Source: a virus
Taxonomy: Duplodnaviria > Heunggongvirae > Uroviricota > Caudoviricetes
DNA: 64,000 nt
Reading direction: 5' to 3' (one strand)
Virus record (IMG/VR): IMGVR_UViG_3300037261_000110
Numbering within the stretch: the stretch's first letter is position 1; each line of letters opens with the position of its first letter. Below, in pieces: positions 45,323-55,525 of this stretch. The position numbers were made by a program, and so were the translations under genes. Below the pieces are notes generated by a model. The model saw only the letters and a list, made by a program, of their open reading frames with translations, did no database searches and was not told where the DNA came from.

Positions 45323-45946
45323 TCACTCGCCAGGACCTTTCTTGAGAACGTCTTCCGGCTTGGTGACTTTGAACTGGTATCCGCCGCTTCCGTCGTCGGG
45401 AACATCGCCCTGAGCGCCAGATGATGTGTCTTTGTCTCCTTCGAGACCCGGCTTACCTTTGCCGCCTTTTCCCTTGCCGCCTTTGCCACCGGCGCCGCCG
45501 ATGTCGTCGCCTTGTCCGTTTTTCTCGATGTCGACGACATCTCCGCTCTCGACTTGTTTCTTTGCGGCAGCGAATTTCTTAGCAGCTTCTTTCGAGTAGG
45601 GCAAGGCGTAATTCAGCGGTGCCAAATCCGAGTCCGAATAGACGAAATTGCTAAGCCAGGGAACGACTTGACCCTTCCTGTCAGGGTACAGCCATAGGTA
45701 AATATGACCGTTAGTGTTGATCCCTGGATTGATAATTTCGACTCCTTTCAGCCGACCTTTTATGAAATTCGCTTCCGCAGGCCAGCCTTTGTAACTCTCG
45801 AAGGAGTAGCTGATCGACGTGATGACGACGATTGCCAGCGCTGTCAGCACGAATTTGAACGGGCGCGTCGCCCGGTGATTGATGAAAGCTAGGGCAACGA
45901 GCGCCACTAGCAAGACCGTGTACAGACCTAAGAAAAAGTTGGACAA
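45323..45946 (-). CDS. Two-TM membrane protein with a Gly/Lys-rich C-terminal region
   Basis: TM helices LGLYTVLLVALVALAFI and FVLTALAIVVITSI; GGAGGKGGKGKGGKGKPG. Confidence 0.55.
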   Translation of the reverse strand: MSNFFLGLYTVLLVALVALAFINHRATRPFKFVLTALAIVVITSISYSFESYKGWPAEANFIKGRLKGVEIINPGINTNGHIYLWLYPDRKGQVVPWLSNFVYSDSDLAPLNYALPYSKEAAKKFAAAKKQVESGDVVDIEKNGQGDDIGGAGGKGGKGKGGKGKPGLEGDKDTSSGAQGDVPDDGSGGYQFKVTKPEDVLKKGPGE

Positions 45947-45958
45947 GATTGGCGCTCC

Positions 45959-46669
45959 TTATGGGTGGCTGTAGGGCGACGCTACCGGCATGGTGCTCAT
46001 GCCAGGAATGCCGCTGCCGGAAGAATCGCCGCTTAGCTCGGTCACGCGCGAGGCTACCAGCTCTTCATCGCTCTGTTCGATATTGAGGATGGTTCCCTGT
46101 GCATCCACGTCAAACATGACGACCGGAACCTCTTCCCAAACTCTGTGGAAAGTGGCGACGCGGGAATCAGCCACGACATACGTCGGATTGACCTTTTCGA
46201 CCGAAGTCTTCACGTCGAAGGTTTTCTCGGCGCCATGTGGCATTCCGACGTTTTCGATGCGACAGGCGAACAGATGGATACTCACCTTGTAGGTGCCGGG
46301 AACGATTCCGCGCATCGAATAGAACTCTTTGTGATCGTGCGAGACCACAAGGGTTCCATCCGGGAGCTTGGTCGAGCTGTTTACGTCGCCGCGATCGTCA
46401 AACTCCAAGTGAGCCAAGCCGTTGACTTTCTGCTTGAAGTAGGTGACGGCGCCAGTCGGGTCCTTCACCCAAAGGTCTACGTCACAGTTGTCAACTGCCC
46501 AACTGGCAGAGACTACGAGCTGAGCGTTACGCGTGGCGTCGGCGTCACTTTTCGACGGGTTCGTGTCGACAATGGCAAGCAGGAACAGCGCCGCCAACGT
46601 GGTTATGAAGGCGTTGGCGAAGTCGATGTAGCTGAGCTGCCACGACGAATCTGTGGTGAACGGGTTCAT
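45959..46669 (-). CDS. MotB/ExbD/TolR-like membrane protein with a non-OmpA periplasmic domain
   Basis: SWQLSYIDFANAFITTLAALFLLAIV aligns with the MotB consensus [22 protein letters not shown], including the conserved Asp; start overlaps the MotA-like gene stop. Confidence 0.65.
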   Translation of the reverse strand: MNPFTTDSSWQLSYIDFANAFITTLAALFLLAIVDTNPSKSDADATRNAQLVVSASWAVDNCDVDLWVKDPTGAVTYFKQKVNGLAHLEFDDRGDVNSSTKLPDGTLVVSHDHKEFYSMRGIVPGTYKVSIHLFACRIENVGMPHGAEKTFDVKTSVEKVNPTYVVADSRVATFHRVWEEVPVVMFDVDAQGTILNIEQSDEELVASRVTELSGDSSGSGIPGMSTMPVASPYSHP

Positions 46670-47166
46670 TATTCGTCATCCATGACGCCCGAGAGCGCGC
46701 TGTACCAGAAGAGCTGGTTGCTGAGAAAGAGAGCGGACGCAACCCCGAGACCGGTTGTCGAGAACACGATGCCGAGCGGCGGAAGCAGGTGCGGAGCCAA
46801 TGTCGCCATCGTGAAGCTAGCAAGGTTGCTAGTTCCGCCGAATGAGCTGTAAAATAGGAACATGCTGCCGCAAACGGTTCCGAGAATGCCCCACAGGAAC
46901 ACCTGAGTGGCATAGAACCAAACACCAGCTAGCCACTTGCGGACGCGGCGCTTGTGCCATTCTTTCGGATCGGTAGCGTGCTTCCAGGCGACGTAGCCGA
47001 TCGTTAAGTTTGCCGTGACTGCTATGGCTGCGATGATCTGCGTGATGTGGGTCACGTCAAACGAATAGATCAGCGTCGCAATGCCTTTTGAGGACAAGTA
47101 GAAGACGATAGTTCCGACAAGCAGTGTGATGACGAACCACACATAGAGTGGGGTAAATTTTCCCAT
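46669..47166 (-). CDS. Minimal MotA/TolQ/ExbB-family channel protein (4 TM, 165 aa)
   Basis: Family signature LWGILGTVCGSMFLF (GLLGTVxGMI) and TTGLGVASALFLS (TTaxGLxvAIP). Confidence 0.65.
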   Translation of the reverse strand: MGKFTPLYVWFVITLLVGTIVFYLSSKGIATLIYSFDVTHITQIIAAIAVTANLTIGYVAWKHATDPKEWHKRRVRKWLAGVWFYATQVFLWGILGTVCGSMFLFYSSFGGTSNLASFTMATLAPHLLPPLGIVFSTTGLGVASALFLSNQLFWYSALSGVMDDE

Positions 47167-47171
47167 GGTAG

Positions 47172-48248
47172 CTATTCTTTCTCTTTCGCTTGCGGTTGAT
47201 GTTCTACTTCAATCGCTTGGATGATTTTGGAGCTGGTATTGCCTGCACCTACGGCTACGTTTACCGTACTTATTTTGTTCTCTTGAGAAAGAACTTTGAG
47301 GGTCACACGGTCGCCTGTGTCCAGGACAAAGATGTGATTTGGAAGGTCATCTTCTTCGACGAGCGGGAAAGGCGAATTGGTGAACTTGGTAGAGACTTCG
47401 AGAATCCTGTCACCAACCTTAGCCTTACCCTTCAGCACTGAGTCCGGCAGGATTTCCTTAATAAGCATACCAACGCCTTCCGGTGATGGCGTGTACGAGA
47501 CGCCAAGCCGAGGCCAGACGATTTTCTTGGTGTCCTGATGGAGATCGCGGATGACTTTCTCGACGATTTCACTCGGGATCGCGAACGGAATCGAGCCGCC
47601 TTGAACGACTTTGATCATGTTGTTGATGCCGACAACCTGTCCCGCCATATTGAAGAGAGGACCGCCGCTGTTGCCATTGGTGATACGTAGATCGGACTGC
47701 ATGTAGTAAACCGGCGACAGCGGCTCTATCTTGCGATAGGAAGCCGAGAGGTAGCCATGCGTCATTGTCCACGTCAGCTCGACGGGCATGCCGATCGCCC
47801 ACACTTCGTCGCCCACCTTCAGATCGGAGGCTGGTGCGAAGCGAAGAATCTTGTACGGTACTTCTTTTCTGAATTTCTGCCAATCGTCCACGCGGAGCTG
47901 GGCAACATCCGCCAGCACGTCAGCGCCGACGACCGTCGCCTGATACCATTTCGTGCTTTTCTTAGTCCTGATGCGCAGCTGGTCTGCCTTCTGCATTCCC
48001 TCGATGACGTGCGCGTTGGTCGTGATCATCCCGGAATCGTCACTGAAAAACCCGGTTCCGACAGCGGTTCCCTGCTGTCCGGTTGCTGGATCAACCGTGC
48101 CGCCGGCTTCAATGAAAACGACGCCTTCCATTGTGCGGTCGACGAGATTGGGGAAGTCATTTCCGAAAATGTAAGAATTTCCGAGGAGCACGAGGAGGGA
48201 AACGCAGCTGATAAGCGTTATCAGCAAAGGGCGAAGCTGGATTTTCAT
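47172..48248 (-). CDS. HtrA/DegP-family (S1C) serine protease with a signal anchor and a PDZ domain
   Basis: His (TTNAHVI), Asp (DVAQLRV), Ser (TNGNSGGPLF) and a PDZ segment (GKAKVGDRILEV). Confidence 0.8.
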   Translation of the reverse strand: MKIQLRPLLITLISCVSLLVLLGNSYIFGNDFPNLVDRTMEGVVFIEAGGTVDPATGQQGTAVGTGFFSDDSGMITTNAHVIEGMQKADQLRIRTKKSTKWYQATVVGADVLADVAQLRVDDWQKFRKEVPYKILRFAPASDLKVGDEVWAIGMPVELTWTMTHGYLSASYRKIEPLSPVYYMQSDLRITNGNSGGPLFNMAGQVVGINNMIKVVQGGSIPFAIPSEIVEKVIRDLHQDTKKIVWPRLGVSYTPSPEGVGMLIKEILPDSVLKGKAKVGDRILEVSTKFTNSPFPLVEEDDLPNHIFVLDTGDRVTLKVLSQENKISTVNVAVGAGNTSSKIIQAIEVEHQPQAKEKE

Positions 48249-48413
48249 AATTTGTGGCCTTTCCGGCTTTTTGGATAATGCTCGCATTAACCTAAATTGT
48301 CAATCGAAAAATAATGTGAACGAACTCGGGAATTTTTGGCGGTGTACGATCTCGCTTGACAAATCGAAGAAATTGTAGCATGAATCTGGCGAAAGATAGG
48401 AAAACAGGTAGAG

Positions 48414-50678
48414 ATGAAAATAGAGACCGCCGAGAGAGTAGCCGAGTTTGCTGGTTTTCTTGAAGAGAAAAGCTTCACGATAGCAGCAAACGGTAAAGCT
48501 TTTCGGGTCCTCATTGATAAACTTTACTCAAACGTTCATCAAGCTATTGTACGCGAGCTGATGACGAATGCTTGGGATGCGCATGTTTCGGCGGCAAATC
48601 TAAAACCTTTCGAAATTCACGTGCCGACAGCGTTTGAGCCCTTCTTTTCTATTCGTGACTTCGGCTGTGCAATGACTCACTCAGAAGTCATGAACGTCTA
48701 CTCGACGATATTCGAGTCAACCAAGGATGCTCGTGACGATCAGGTCGGCGCCTGGGGCCTTGGCTCAAAAACACCTTTCGCCTACACTGACACTTTTGGC
48801 GTGCAAGTCTGGCTAGATGACCGCCATAGGGTGTATAATGTCTTCATAGATGCGACCGGTGTCCCAAAAATCGCCCTGGCGCTCGACGAAGAGAATGACG
48901 GTGCCGCGAACGGCGTTGAGGTATCCTTTCCAGTCGGTGTCAAAGATGCCGGTCTTTTTCGAACCGCGCTCGAAGTGGTTAGCATTGGCTTCGAAGTCAA
49001 GCCAAAATTTTCTGGTTCGCTCAATGTTCTGGAATTAGAGAAGCGTCGTCAAGGTGCTGGCTGGTTCACGTTCGTCTATTCCAGTGGACCAACATGGTTG
49101 AAAAAGCCGGTTGCTCGGGTCGGCTGCGTCCTCTATCCGATCAAGCTGGACGTGGTGTGTGATCTCATAAGAGACAAAGCGACGAAGCCAGAGTGCTGGC
49201 AGCTTTTGTCCAGCGTGCATGGTTTTCCGGGCACGCCAATGATCCTCGATTTCCCAATTAGCTCGATCGAAGTCACAGCCAATCGTGAAGACTTATACTA
49301 TTCGGAACGAACTGTCAAGTCTATTGTTGATAGATTCGAGACAATCGTTCAGGAAATGAAAGCTGAGTTTTTAGCTAATATCAAGAAAGGCAAGACTCTC
49401 TATGAAGTGAATATGGAAGTCCTCGAAGTCTGCGAGATGTTCGCCGACGTTGCCTCTGGCGTCTCTAGCTATCTCCGTGATTTTGCTCGGCAACAGAGCT
49501 TCAAAGGACGAAAGCTTCTTCACAAAATCGTTTTTCGACATAGATACAAAACGGTTGAGGAAAAGAACGCTGCCGGTGAGGCAGTCATTTATCGAGTTCC
49601 GACTCGTTACAATAGCATTCAATTCGTCTACTATCTAGGCTCGAAATTCATTCGTCAACCAGGACTGCAATTCTGTGATTCTGAGGAAATGTCTTGGACT
49701 CCGCGTGTTACCGACTTCTTCGTTGAGCTGCCGGGCGAAAAGGGTAAGCGCGTGCCGTACGCTGCTCGCCGCATTCGTCACGAGCGCAACGAAGCCGGCA
49801 CGACCGTGCGCCACGATCTTATGTGGATCAAGACACCCTCACTCTCGGACCCTCACTTCGTAAAAATGTGGATCGGGCTCGGGCGCCCGCCTTATAAACT
49901 GGTCAACGATCTGGTGAGACCGCCGGGCATTCCGACCGAGCGCTATATAACCCCGATGCGCATTTATAATTCGAATGCAGATACGTGGGAAAGGTATGAC
50001 GATTTCGACGTTGAGAATGACGCCGGGTTTTATGTGATGCTCAACTGCGGGCTTCCGGAGCATATAAAGAGCGTGAAGCTCTGCGATCTGATCGGATTTC
50101 TGGAATCAAAGCGCGCGATCCACAATGCCCGTCATATCATTGGCATCCCAAAGAGCCGCAAGTCAGTTCTCTCAAAATCCGATCAATGGATTGACATGGT
50201 TCCCGTCCTTAAAGCAGCCTACCGCAAAGCGCTCAACGTGAAGCAGGCAGCGGTCAGTTTCAGTGTTAAAGAGATCACAATCGACAAAGGGGATCAAGGC
50301 ACGTTAGAAAGATTGAACCGCAAGCTTGGTAGGTTTGATCCGGCGTCGCCGTTCGTTCAAGCGATTAAAGCCTATGATCGGTTGGGAGCGATTGAGGCGA
50401 CAGCTGCCGAATTTAAGAGTGCCTGGAATCATCGATGGGTGCTTGATTATGAGGAGCGTGCGAAGCTCGACGAAGAATACAACGCGCTCGCCAAAAGTGA
50501 CCCGGCGCTGGTTTCTGAGATTGGCTCTATCAAGTCTGCCATCGAAGGTGTTTTTCAAGCCTATCCTTTACTGCAAAAAGTGCCATATCCCGATCAAGAT
50601 GCTTTGAAAGCACTCGACGACTATATTGTAGCGATGGACTGTTTTAGAGGGGCGCTTGCTAGTGGCTTACAAAAATAA
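48414..50678 (+). CDS. rIIA: rIIA-like protein (GHKL ATPase-domain protein)
   Basis: FRVLIDKLYSNVHQAIVRELMTNAWDAH matches the T4 rIIA N-terminus (VVRELITNMIDAH); also GAWGLGSKTPF. Confidence 0.8.
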   Translation: MKIETAERVAEFAGFLEEKSFTIAANGKAFRVLIDKLYSNVHQAIVRELMTNAWDAHVSAANLKPFEIHVPTAFEPFFSIRDFGCAMTHSEVMNVYSTIFESTKDARDDQVGAWGLGSKTPFAYTDTFGVQVWLDDRHRVYNVFIDATGVPKIALALDEENDGAANGVEVSFPVGVKDAGLFRTALEVVSIGFEVKPKFSGSLNVLELEKRRQGAGWFTFVYSSGPTWLKKPVARVGCVLYPIKLDVVCDLIRDKATKPECWQLLSSVHGFPGTPMILDFPISSIEVTANREDLYYSERTVKSIVDRFETIVQEMKAEFLANIKKGKTLYEVNMEVLEVCEMFADVASGVSSYLRDFARQQSFKGRKLLHKIVFRHRYKTVEEKNAAGEAVIYRVPTRYNSIQFVYYLGSKFIRQPGLQFCDSEEMSWTPRVTDFFVELPGEKGKRVPYAARRIRHERNEAGTTVRHDLMWIKTPSLSDPHFVKMWIGLGRPPYKLVNDLVRPPGIPTERYITPMRIYNSNADTWERYDDFDVENDAGFYVMLNCGLPEHIKSVKLCDLIGFLESKRAIHNARHIIGIPKSRKSVLSKSDQWIDMVPVLKAAYRKALNVKQAAVSFSVKEITIDKGDQGTLERLNRKLGRFDPASPFVQAIKAYDRLGAIEATAAEFKSAWNHRWVLDYEERAKLDEEYNALAKSDPALVSEIGSIKSAIEGVFQAYPLLQKVPYPDQDALKALDDYIVAMDCFRGALASGLQK

Positions 50679-51147
50679 AGATGATGACAAAAAATGGAGA
50701 GAAGCTAACGAGGATCATCTAAAGCAATATAAAAGAGACTACTACAGACGGAAGTATGGAAAAAATCGTGAAAAAATGTGTCCTAAACCTAAAAGACGCA
50801 CAGATCACTTGAAGAGATACGGTATCACTATAAATGAGTGGGAGAAGATGTTTGAAAAACAGGGTAAAATATGTGCTCTGTGTGGATCAGATGTCCCTGC
50901 CAAACACTCAAATCGATGGAATACGGATCATGATCACGATACAGGGATAATTAGAGGAATTATTTGTTGCAGTTGTAACAATGGATTAGGTCTATTCAAG
51001 GATGATCCAGTGCTACTGCGCAAGGCCGCCAACTATATAGAACTAAGCAAACCTCTTAATTTTTTACTTGACAATCGGAAAAAACCCGAGCATTATGCCG
51101 AAACTCAAACCATAGAGACGGACAGCAATGAGCACGATCCCGCATAG
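50656..51147 (+). CDS. Endonuclease VII-family nuclease, copy 3, inserted between rIIA and rIIB
   Basis: CALCGSD...TDHDHDTGIIRGIICCSCNNGLGLF; AT-rich codon usage. Confidence 0.75.
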   Translation: MLVAYKNKDDDKKWREANEDHLKQYKRDYYRRKYGKNREKMCPKPKRRTDHLKRYGITINEWEKMFEKQGKICALCGSDVPAKHSNRWNTDHDHDTGIIRGIICCSCNNGLGLFKDDPVLLRKAANYIELSKPLNFLLDNRKKPEHYAETQTIETDSNEHDPA

Positions 51148-52156
51148 CATTACCGCCAATTCGATCTCGGTTCTGATCGATTATCGGATGCGCGTCATTC
51201 CGAAGTCGTCTGTGAACTTCGATGCAATTCGAGCCGAACTCGGCAAGGGCGAGAAGGCGGATATCGGCAAGCTCAAGTCGCTGGTTGACATTCCATCGTT
51301 CATCGCTCGGGTCACGGCTGGACGTATTCGCGTCTCCGACGACGAAGTGTATTTCAAGTCGGAAAAAGTCAACAGCTACGCGGCTCAGCGTCTTTTGGAG
51401 CACCTGAGAGACGGTGATTCGATCGAACCGCTTGCCAAGCTGCTCGACAAGCTGATGGACAATCCGAACCCGGCACTCCGCAACGATCTGTGGCTGTGGA
51501 TCGAACAAGCCAATCTGCCGATTGCCGGTGACGGTGATATCTTGGCCTTCAAAAAGGTCGATCCGGAATATAAGTCGTTCCACAAGAACACCGATGGCAC
51601 GTACCACGTTCATCGTGTCGGAACACGCGTTCACATGCCACGTGAGCATTGTGACCCGAACCGTCATTCGGTTTGTTCGACCGGGCTGCACTTCTGTTCA
51701 TATGGCTATCTGCACACGTATGAAGGAACCAGCGGGCACGTCGTTATCGTGAAAATCAACCCACGTGACATTACCGCGATTCCGTCTGACGCCTCCGATC
51801 AAAAGGGACGCTGCTGTCTCTATGAAGTGGTCCAGGAAATCGACCAGGAGGAAGCTAAGCAGTTTTTCAGGGGTAACGTCGTCTCGCACGTCGGCACTTA
51901 TGACGAGCCAGAGCCCGACGAACCGCCGGTGGATTGGGACGATCATGAAGGCGGCTACGAGATCGGCGAGGGAGCTGCCGAGCCAGAGGCTGTGGTCAAT
52001 GCCAGTGATGACGGATTCACGATCGTCATCGGCAGCAAGCGCGTCAGCCGCCAGCACCTGAATGATACCGTCGCCAGTCTCGGACAGCGCGGCGCCGCCA
52101 AGAAGCTCGGCATACCACGCACGTCGCTTCAGGACGCACTCAAGCGCATGAAGTGA
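51128..52156 (+). CDS. rIIB: rIIB-like protein with a C-terminal HTH
   Basis: CSTGLHFCSYGY ... VVIVKINPRDITAIPSD ... CCLYEVVQE matches the T4 rIIB core. Confidence 0.75.
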   Translation: MSTIPHSITANSISVLIDYRMRVIPKSSVNFDAIRAELGKGEKADIGKLKSLVDIPSFIARVTAGRIRVSDDEVYFKSEKVNSYAAQRLLEHLRDGDSIEPLAKLLDKLMDNPNPALRNDLWLWIEQANLPIAGDGDILAFKKVDPEYKSFHKNTDGTYHVHRVGTRVHMPREHCDPNRHSVCSTGLHFCSYGYLHTYEGTSGHVVIVKINPRDITAIPSDASDQKGRCCLYEVVQEIDQEEAKQFFRGNVVSHVGTYDEPEPDEPPVDWDDHEGGYEIGEGAAEPEAVVNASDDGFTIVIGSKRVSRQHLNDTVASLGQRGAAKKLGIPRTSLQDALKRMK

Positions 52157-52398
52157 TGAAGATGGTGGTTCAGCCAATCGATCAGCTTCGCACGCTGCAA
52201 CAGTCCGCAGCAACGCGTGCTGAGAAACTTCGCGCCGAATCGGCACGCGCAAGCTGTGAAGCGCAGATCGCCGAAGCGGAGAGAAACGCCTATCGCGAGG
52301 CAATCAGCTTGCTTGAAGAGAAAGCGAAGCAACCGGTTTTACGAACTGCACCTGAAACCTTGGAGGCGCTTGGCGCCAAGACATTCCACGACAGATAG
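52153..52398 (+). CDS. Hypothetical coiled-coil protein
   Basis: 81-aa ORF. Confidence 0.45.
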   Translation: MMKMVVQPIDQLRTLQQSAATRAEKLRAESARASCEAQIAEAERNAYREAISLLEEKAKQPVLRTAPETLEALGAKTFHDR

Positions 52399-52442
52399 CA
52401 ACCTCGCCAGTACCCGGCTGGCTAAAAACAAGAAGAAAATGC

Positions 52443-52820
52443 ATGCCGGTAATTTACAAACGTTCAATCACTGTCAAGGACCTGAATGACAATCCGGATA
52501 CGCTGTTTTTATTCTGCGAGAATGCGGAATATTCCGGCGACGATGAAGGACTCGCTAAATTCAGAGGCGAAGAAAACGCCGTTGGCATTCGCTTAAAGTA
52601 CCGTTCAGGGAATAAGCGCTCCGCTCACATCTCTTGCGAGTCTAGCTTCGAAGGGTTCGCCTTCTTAGACGAAGATTTAGAGCCCGTCTTAGAGCACGCC
52701 AAAGCTGGCGGCACTGTTGTCATCCCGTCTCATGGTTTCGTTCCCTCGCGTCTCTGCGAGGACGTGAAGGCGTATCTGCTTGAGAAGTTAGAGGAGATGG
52801 AAGACGATGGTGACGAATAA
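52443..52820 (+). CDS. Hypothetical protein, paralogue of 35608..36057
   Basis: Shared blocks LFLFCEN ... NAVGIRLK ... GGTVVIPSHG. Confidence 0.5.
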   Translation: MPVIYKRSITVKDLNDNPDTLFLFCENAEYSGDDEGLAKFRGEENAVGIRLKYRSGNKRSAHISCESSFEGFAFLDEDLEPVLEHAKAGGTVVIPSHGFVPSRLCEDVKAYLLEKLEEMEDDGDE

Positions 52821-53166
52821 ACCTTTTACTCACGATTTTTGTCCTGAAGGGCGTGATGAATTCGCGGAGTATCTTGCCAGAAATGTGGATAAAGAGGGCT
52901 TTGCAATAGCACTGGCATTGTTGCATGTCGCGGCGGTGGCGGAAGAGTTGCCGGGTGCCATAAAAGAGCTTGGATATATGTCCGGTCTTTTAGACCAAGA
53001 CAAAAACACGTTCGAAGTGATTGGCGATAAGCTCGGCGAGATTGCTGAGGCAATGGGCCTGCATCGCGTAAATAGCGTTGCCGATGCCGGCAACGATATT
53101 CGTATAGGGCTTGACGGAGTTGCTGATGCAATTAGCAGTCTTACATCGGCAGTGGAAAGCAAATGA
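52807..53166 (+). CDS. Hypothetical protein
   Basis: 119-aa ORF. Confidence 0.45.
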   Translation: MVTNKPFTHDFCPEGRDEFAEYLARNVDKEGFAIALALLHVAAVAEELPGAIKELGYMSGLLDQDKNTFEVIGDKLGEIAEAMGLHRVNSVADAGNDIRIGLDGVADAISSLTSAVESK

Positions 53167-53663
53167 TGACAAACCCGGATGACACTCTTCGAAATCGTAT
53201 TGCTGCTCTTCATGACGCACTCCATTTCGATGGAATAAGAGATAGAGCGAGAAGAATATACGAGAACCGTGTCTGGTTTAACTTAAACGAGTTACGAAAA
53301 GAAGCTGCGCTTTCTTTTGCAGAGAGCCGTGGCTGGAAATTATCAAAAGCCTCTTTCTCGTTCAGACAATTACGTGAAGGAAAATTCAGGCCAAATAGTG
53401 ATGATTGGCGCTCAGACTTGCATTACAACGAACCAGGAGCGTCGGCTCCCGATCATTGTGAATATTTTCGCAAGCCAAAGTGCGAGGGCGGTAGGTTCAT
53501 TATGCCGGCAGCTATCGTCAGCCATCCCTATGGACCACCTGACGCTAATGTCCGTTTTTTCGAAGGAAATGGTTTCATCGCCGAACTACTTCCCTGGTCA
53601 TGGTACTATCCACAAGGAACGTGTGCTATTGTGGTCACGATGAATGAAGATCGAGCTGCTTGA
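53163..53663 (+). CDS. Hypothetical protein
   Basis: 166-aa ORF. Confidence 0.5.
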   Translation: MMTNPDDTLRNRIAALHDALHFDGIRDRARRIYENRVWFNLNELRKEAALSFAESRGWKLSKASFSFRQLREGKFRPNSDDWRSDLHYNEPGASAPDHCEYFRKPKCEGGRFIMPAAIVSHPYGPPDANVRFFEGNGFIAELLPWSWYYPQGTCAIVVTMNEDRAA

Positions 53664-55447
53664 CGGCGGCATTTACGCCGCGACGATCGCCTTCCAGCAA
53701 CGACTGCGCTTTCGAGCTGACGGCTGGCTTTGGAATCCAGACCTAAAAAAGTGGACGACCAAGGATAGGACGAAAGTCATCCCTTGGCTTCCATTCTGCG
53801 TCGGGCGCGCGCGTGAAGTTCTCGACGATCAGATAGAGCACGAGCGCGTCAGGATGGCGCCTAGTTTCGCTGCGGACGCCGATATCGACATACCGGTGCC
53901 CGTAGCCTTTCATATACGGGACAGAAAACCGTTTGAGTATCATCCTTTTCAAAAAGCGGGAATCAAATTCATTCACGAGCACAAGGATACCCTGCTCGCC
54001 GATCCTCCTGGGCTCGGTAAAACCATTCAGGCGATCGGCGCCTCAAACTTGGACGCATCAATCCGTCGCGTGCTTATTATCTGCCCGGCTTTCATGAAAA
54101 TCCATTGGGAGCGTACCTGGACGGATTGGGACGTTAAACACTTATCGGTCGGCATCGCCCGAACGCACTCATACCAGAAGGATCGAGTTATTCATCGGGA
54201 GCATGTTTGGCCGAATAGCGACGTTGTGATTATCAACCCGGAGCTGTTGGAGGCGTTTGACGAACATACCAAGGCGCTCGAATGGGACTTGATGGTTATC
54301 GATGAATGGCACCTTGGATTCCCAACCGGCAAATCAAAGCGCTTCAAGTCAGTCTTCGGCGGACGTTACACCAAACCCAAAAAGAAAGAAAAAGCCGAAG
54401 CCGGTGACGATGGACTTCCGTCCGATACGGGCGAAGAAGCGCCTGTTTCTAACCGGGACTCCCCTCACGGCGAGGCCGATTCAGCTGTGGTCGCTGTGTG
54501 AGAAGGTCGATCCGCGCGGGCTCGGACGCAGCTGGAAGAGTTTCATCTATCGCTACTGCGGCGCCCATCATGACGGGTTCGGCATTGACACTCGCGGCGC
54601 GACCAATCTGGATGAACTACAGTACAAACTGAGAACATCCTTCATGATTCGCCGTGACAAAAAGGAAGTCATGGGAGAGCTGCCGCCGAAGTCGCGTCAA
54701 GTTATCGTGATGCCGGACGATGGCATTCAGAAAAAGGTCGAAAACGAGCTGTCGGCGGTTCGCGGGCTGGTTTCGCTCTACGAGAATTTAGTCGGGCTAG
54801 CGCCAGCAGAGTCGATCGAACAAACCGATAATCGCTTCTGGCAGGCAGTGGCAACGGTTCATGGGCGCTTCATCGACGCCAGCTTGCAGCTCTCGCAGGA
54901 TTACAGTCTCGCCTTCGAGGAGCTGTCGAAGGCGCGCAAGGAGCTAGCTTTAGCTAAAGTTCCGCTCGCAATCCAGTACATCAACAACCTAATGGAATCG
55001 GGCGAAAAGGTCATCGTTTTCTGCCACCATACGGTCGTCGCTGAGGCGTTAAAATCACACTATCCTCAGTGTGCTTATATCACCGGCAAAGTCCCTACGC
55101 AGAAGCGCCAGGGGCAGGTAGACCGCTTCCAGGACGATCCGAGCTGCAACCCAATGATCGGCAACATCGACGCTGCCGGCGTTGGATTCACGATGACAGC
55201 GGCGTCCCACGTCGTCTTCGTTGAACTGGTGTTCAACCCGTCAAATATGGAGCAAGCCGAAGACCGTGCATGGCGCGACGGGCAAGAGAACGCTGTGCTT
55301 GTTCATTTTCTCGTGGTGGATCACTCTTTCGATGCTCGAAATATCACGATTCTAGAAGAAAAAGCTGAGGTTTTAGAACAAGTTCTGGATTCCAACAAGT
55401 ATCGTAGCTTAAGCTTTCTTGCGGATATGCTAGCCGAGAATCGTTAG
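53644..55447 (+). pseudogene. SNF2-family helicase split into two frames (53644..54501 and 54302..55447) by a 1-nt shift inside an A-rich tract at 54372..54395
   Basis: ORF1 carries motifs I (ADPPGLGKT) and II (MVIDEWH). ORF2 carries motif III (LFLTGTP) and motif VI (QAEDRAWRDGQ). Confidence 0.75.
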
Positions 55448-55525
55448 AAAAATTTGCTAAAAACTTGACTCTTTCCGTTAACCGTGCTACGTAGAGAAAT
55501 CATTTTCTACGGAAGCAGCTTTTCC

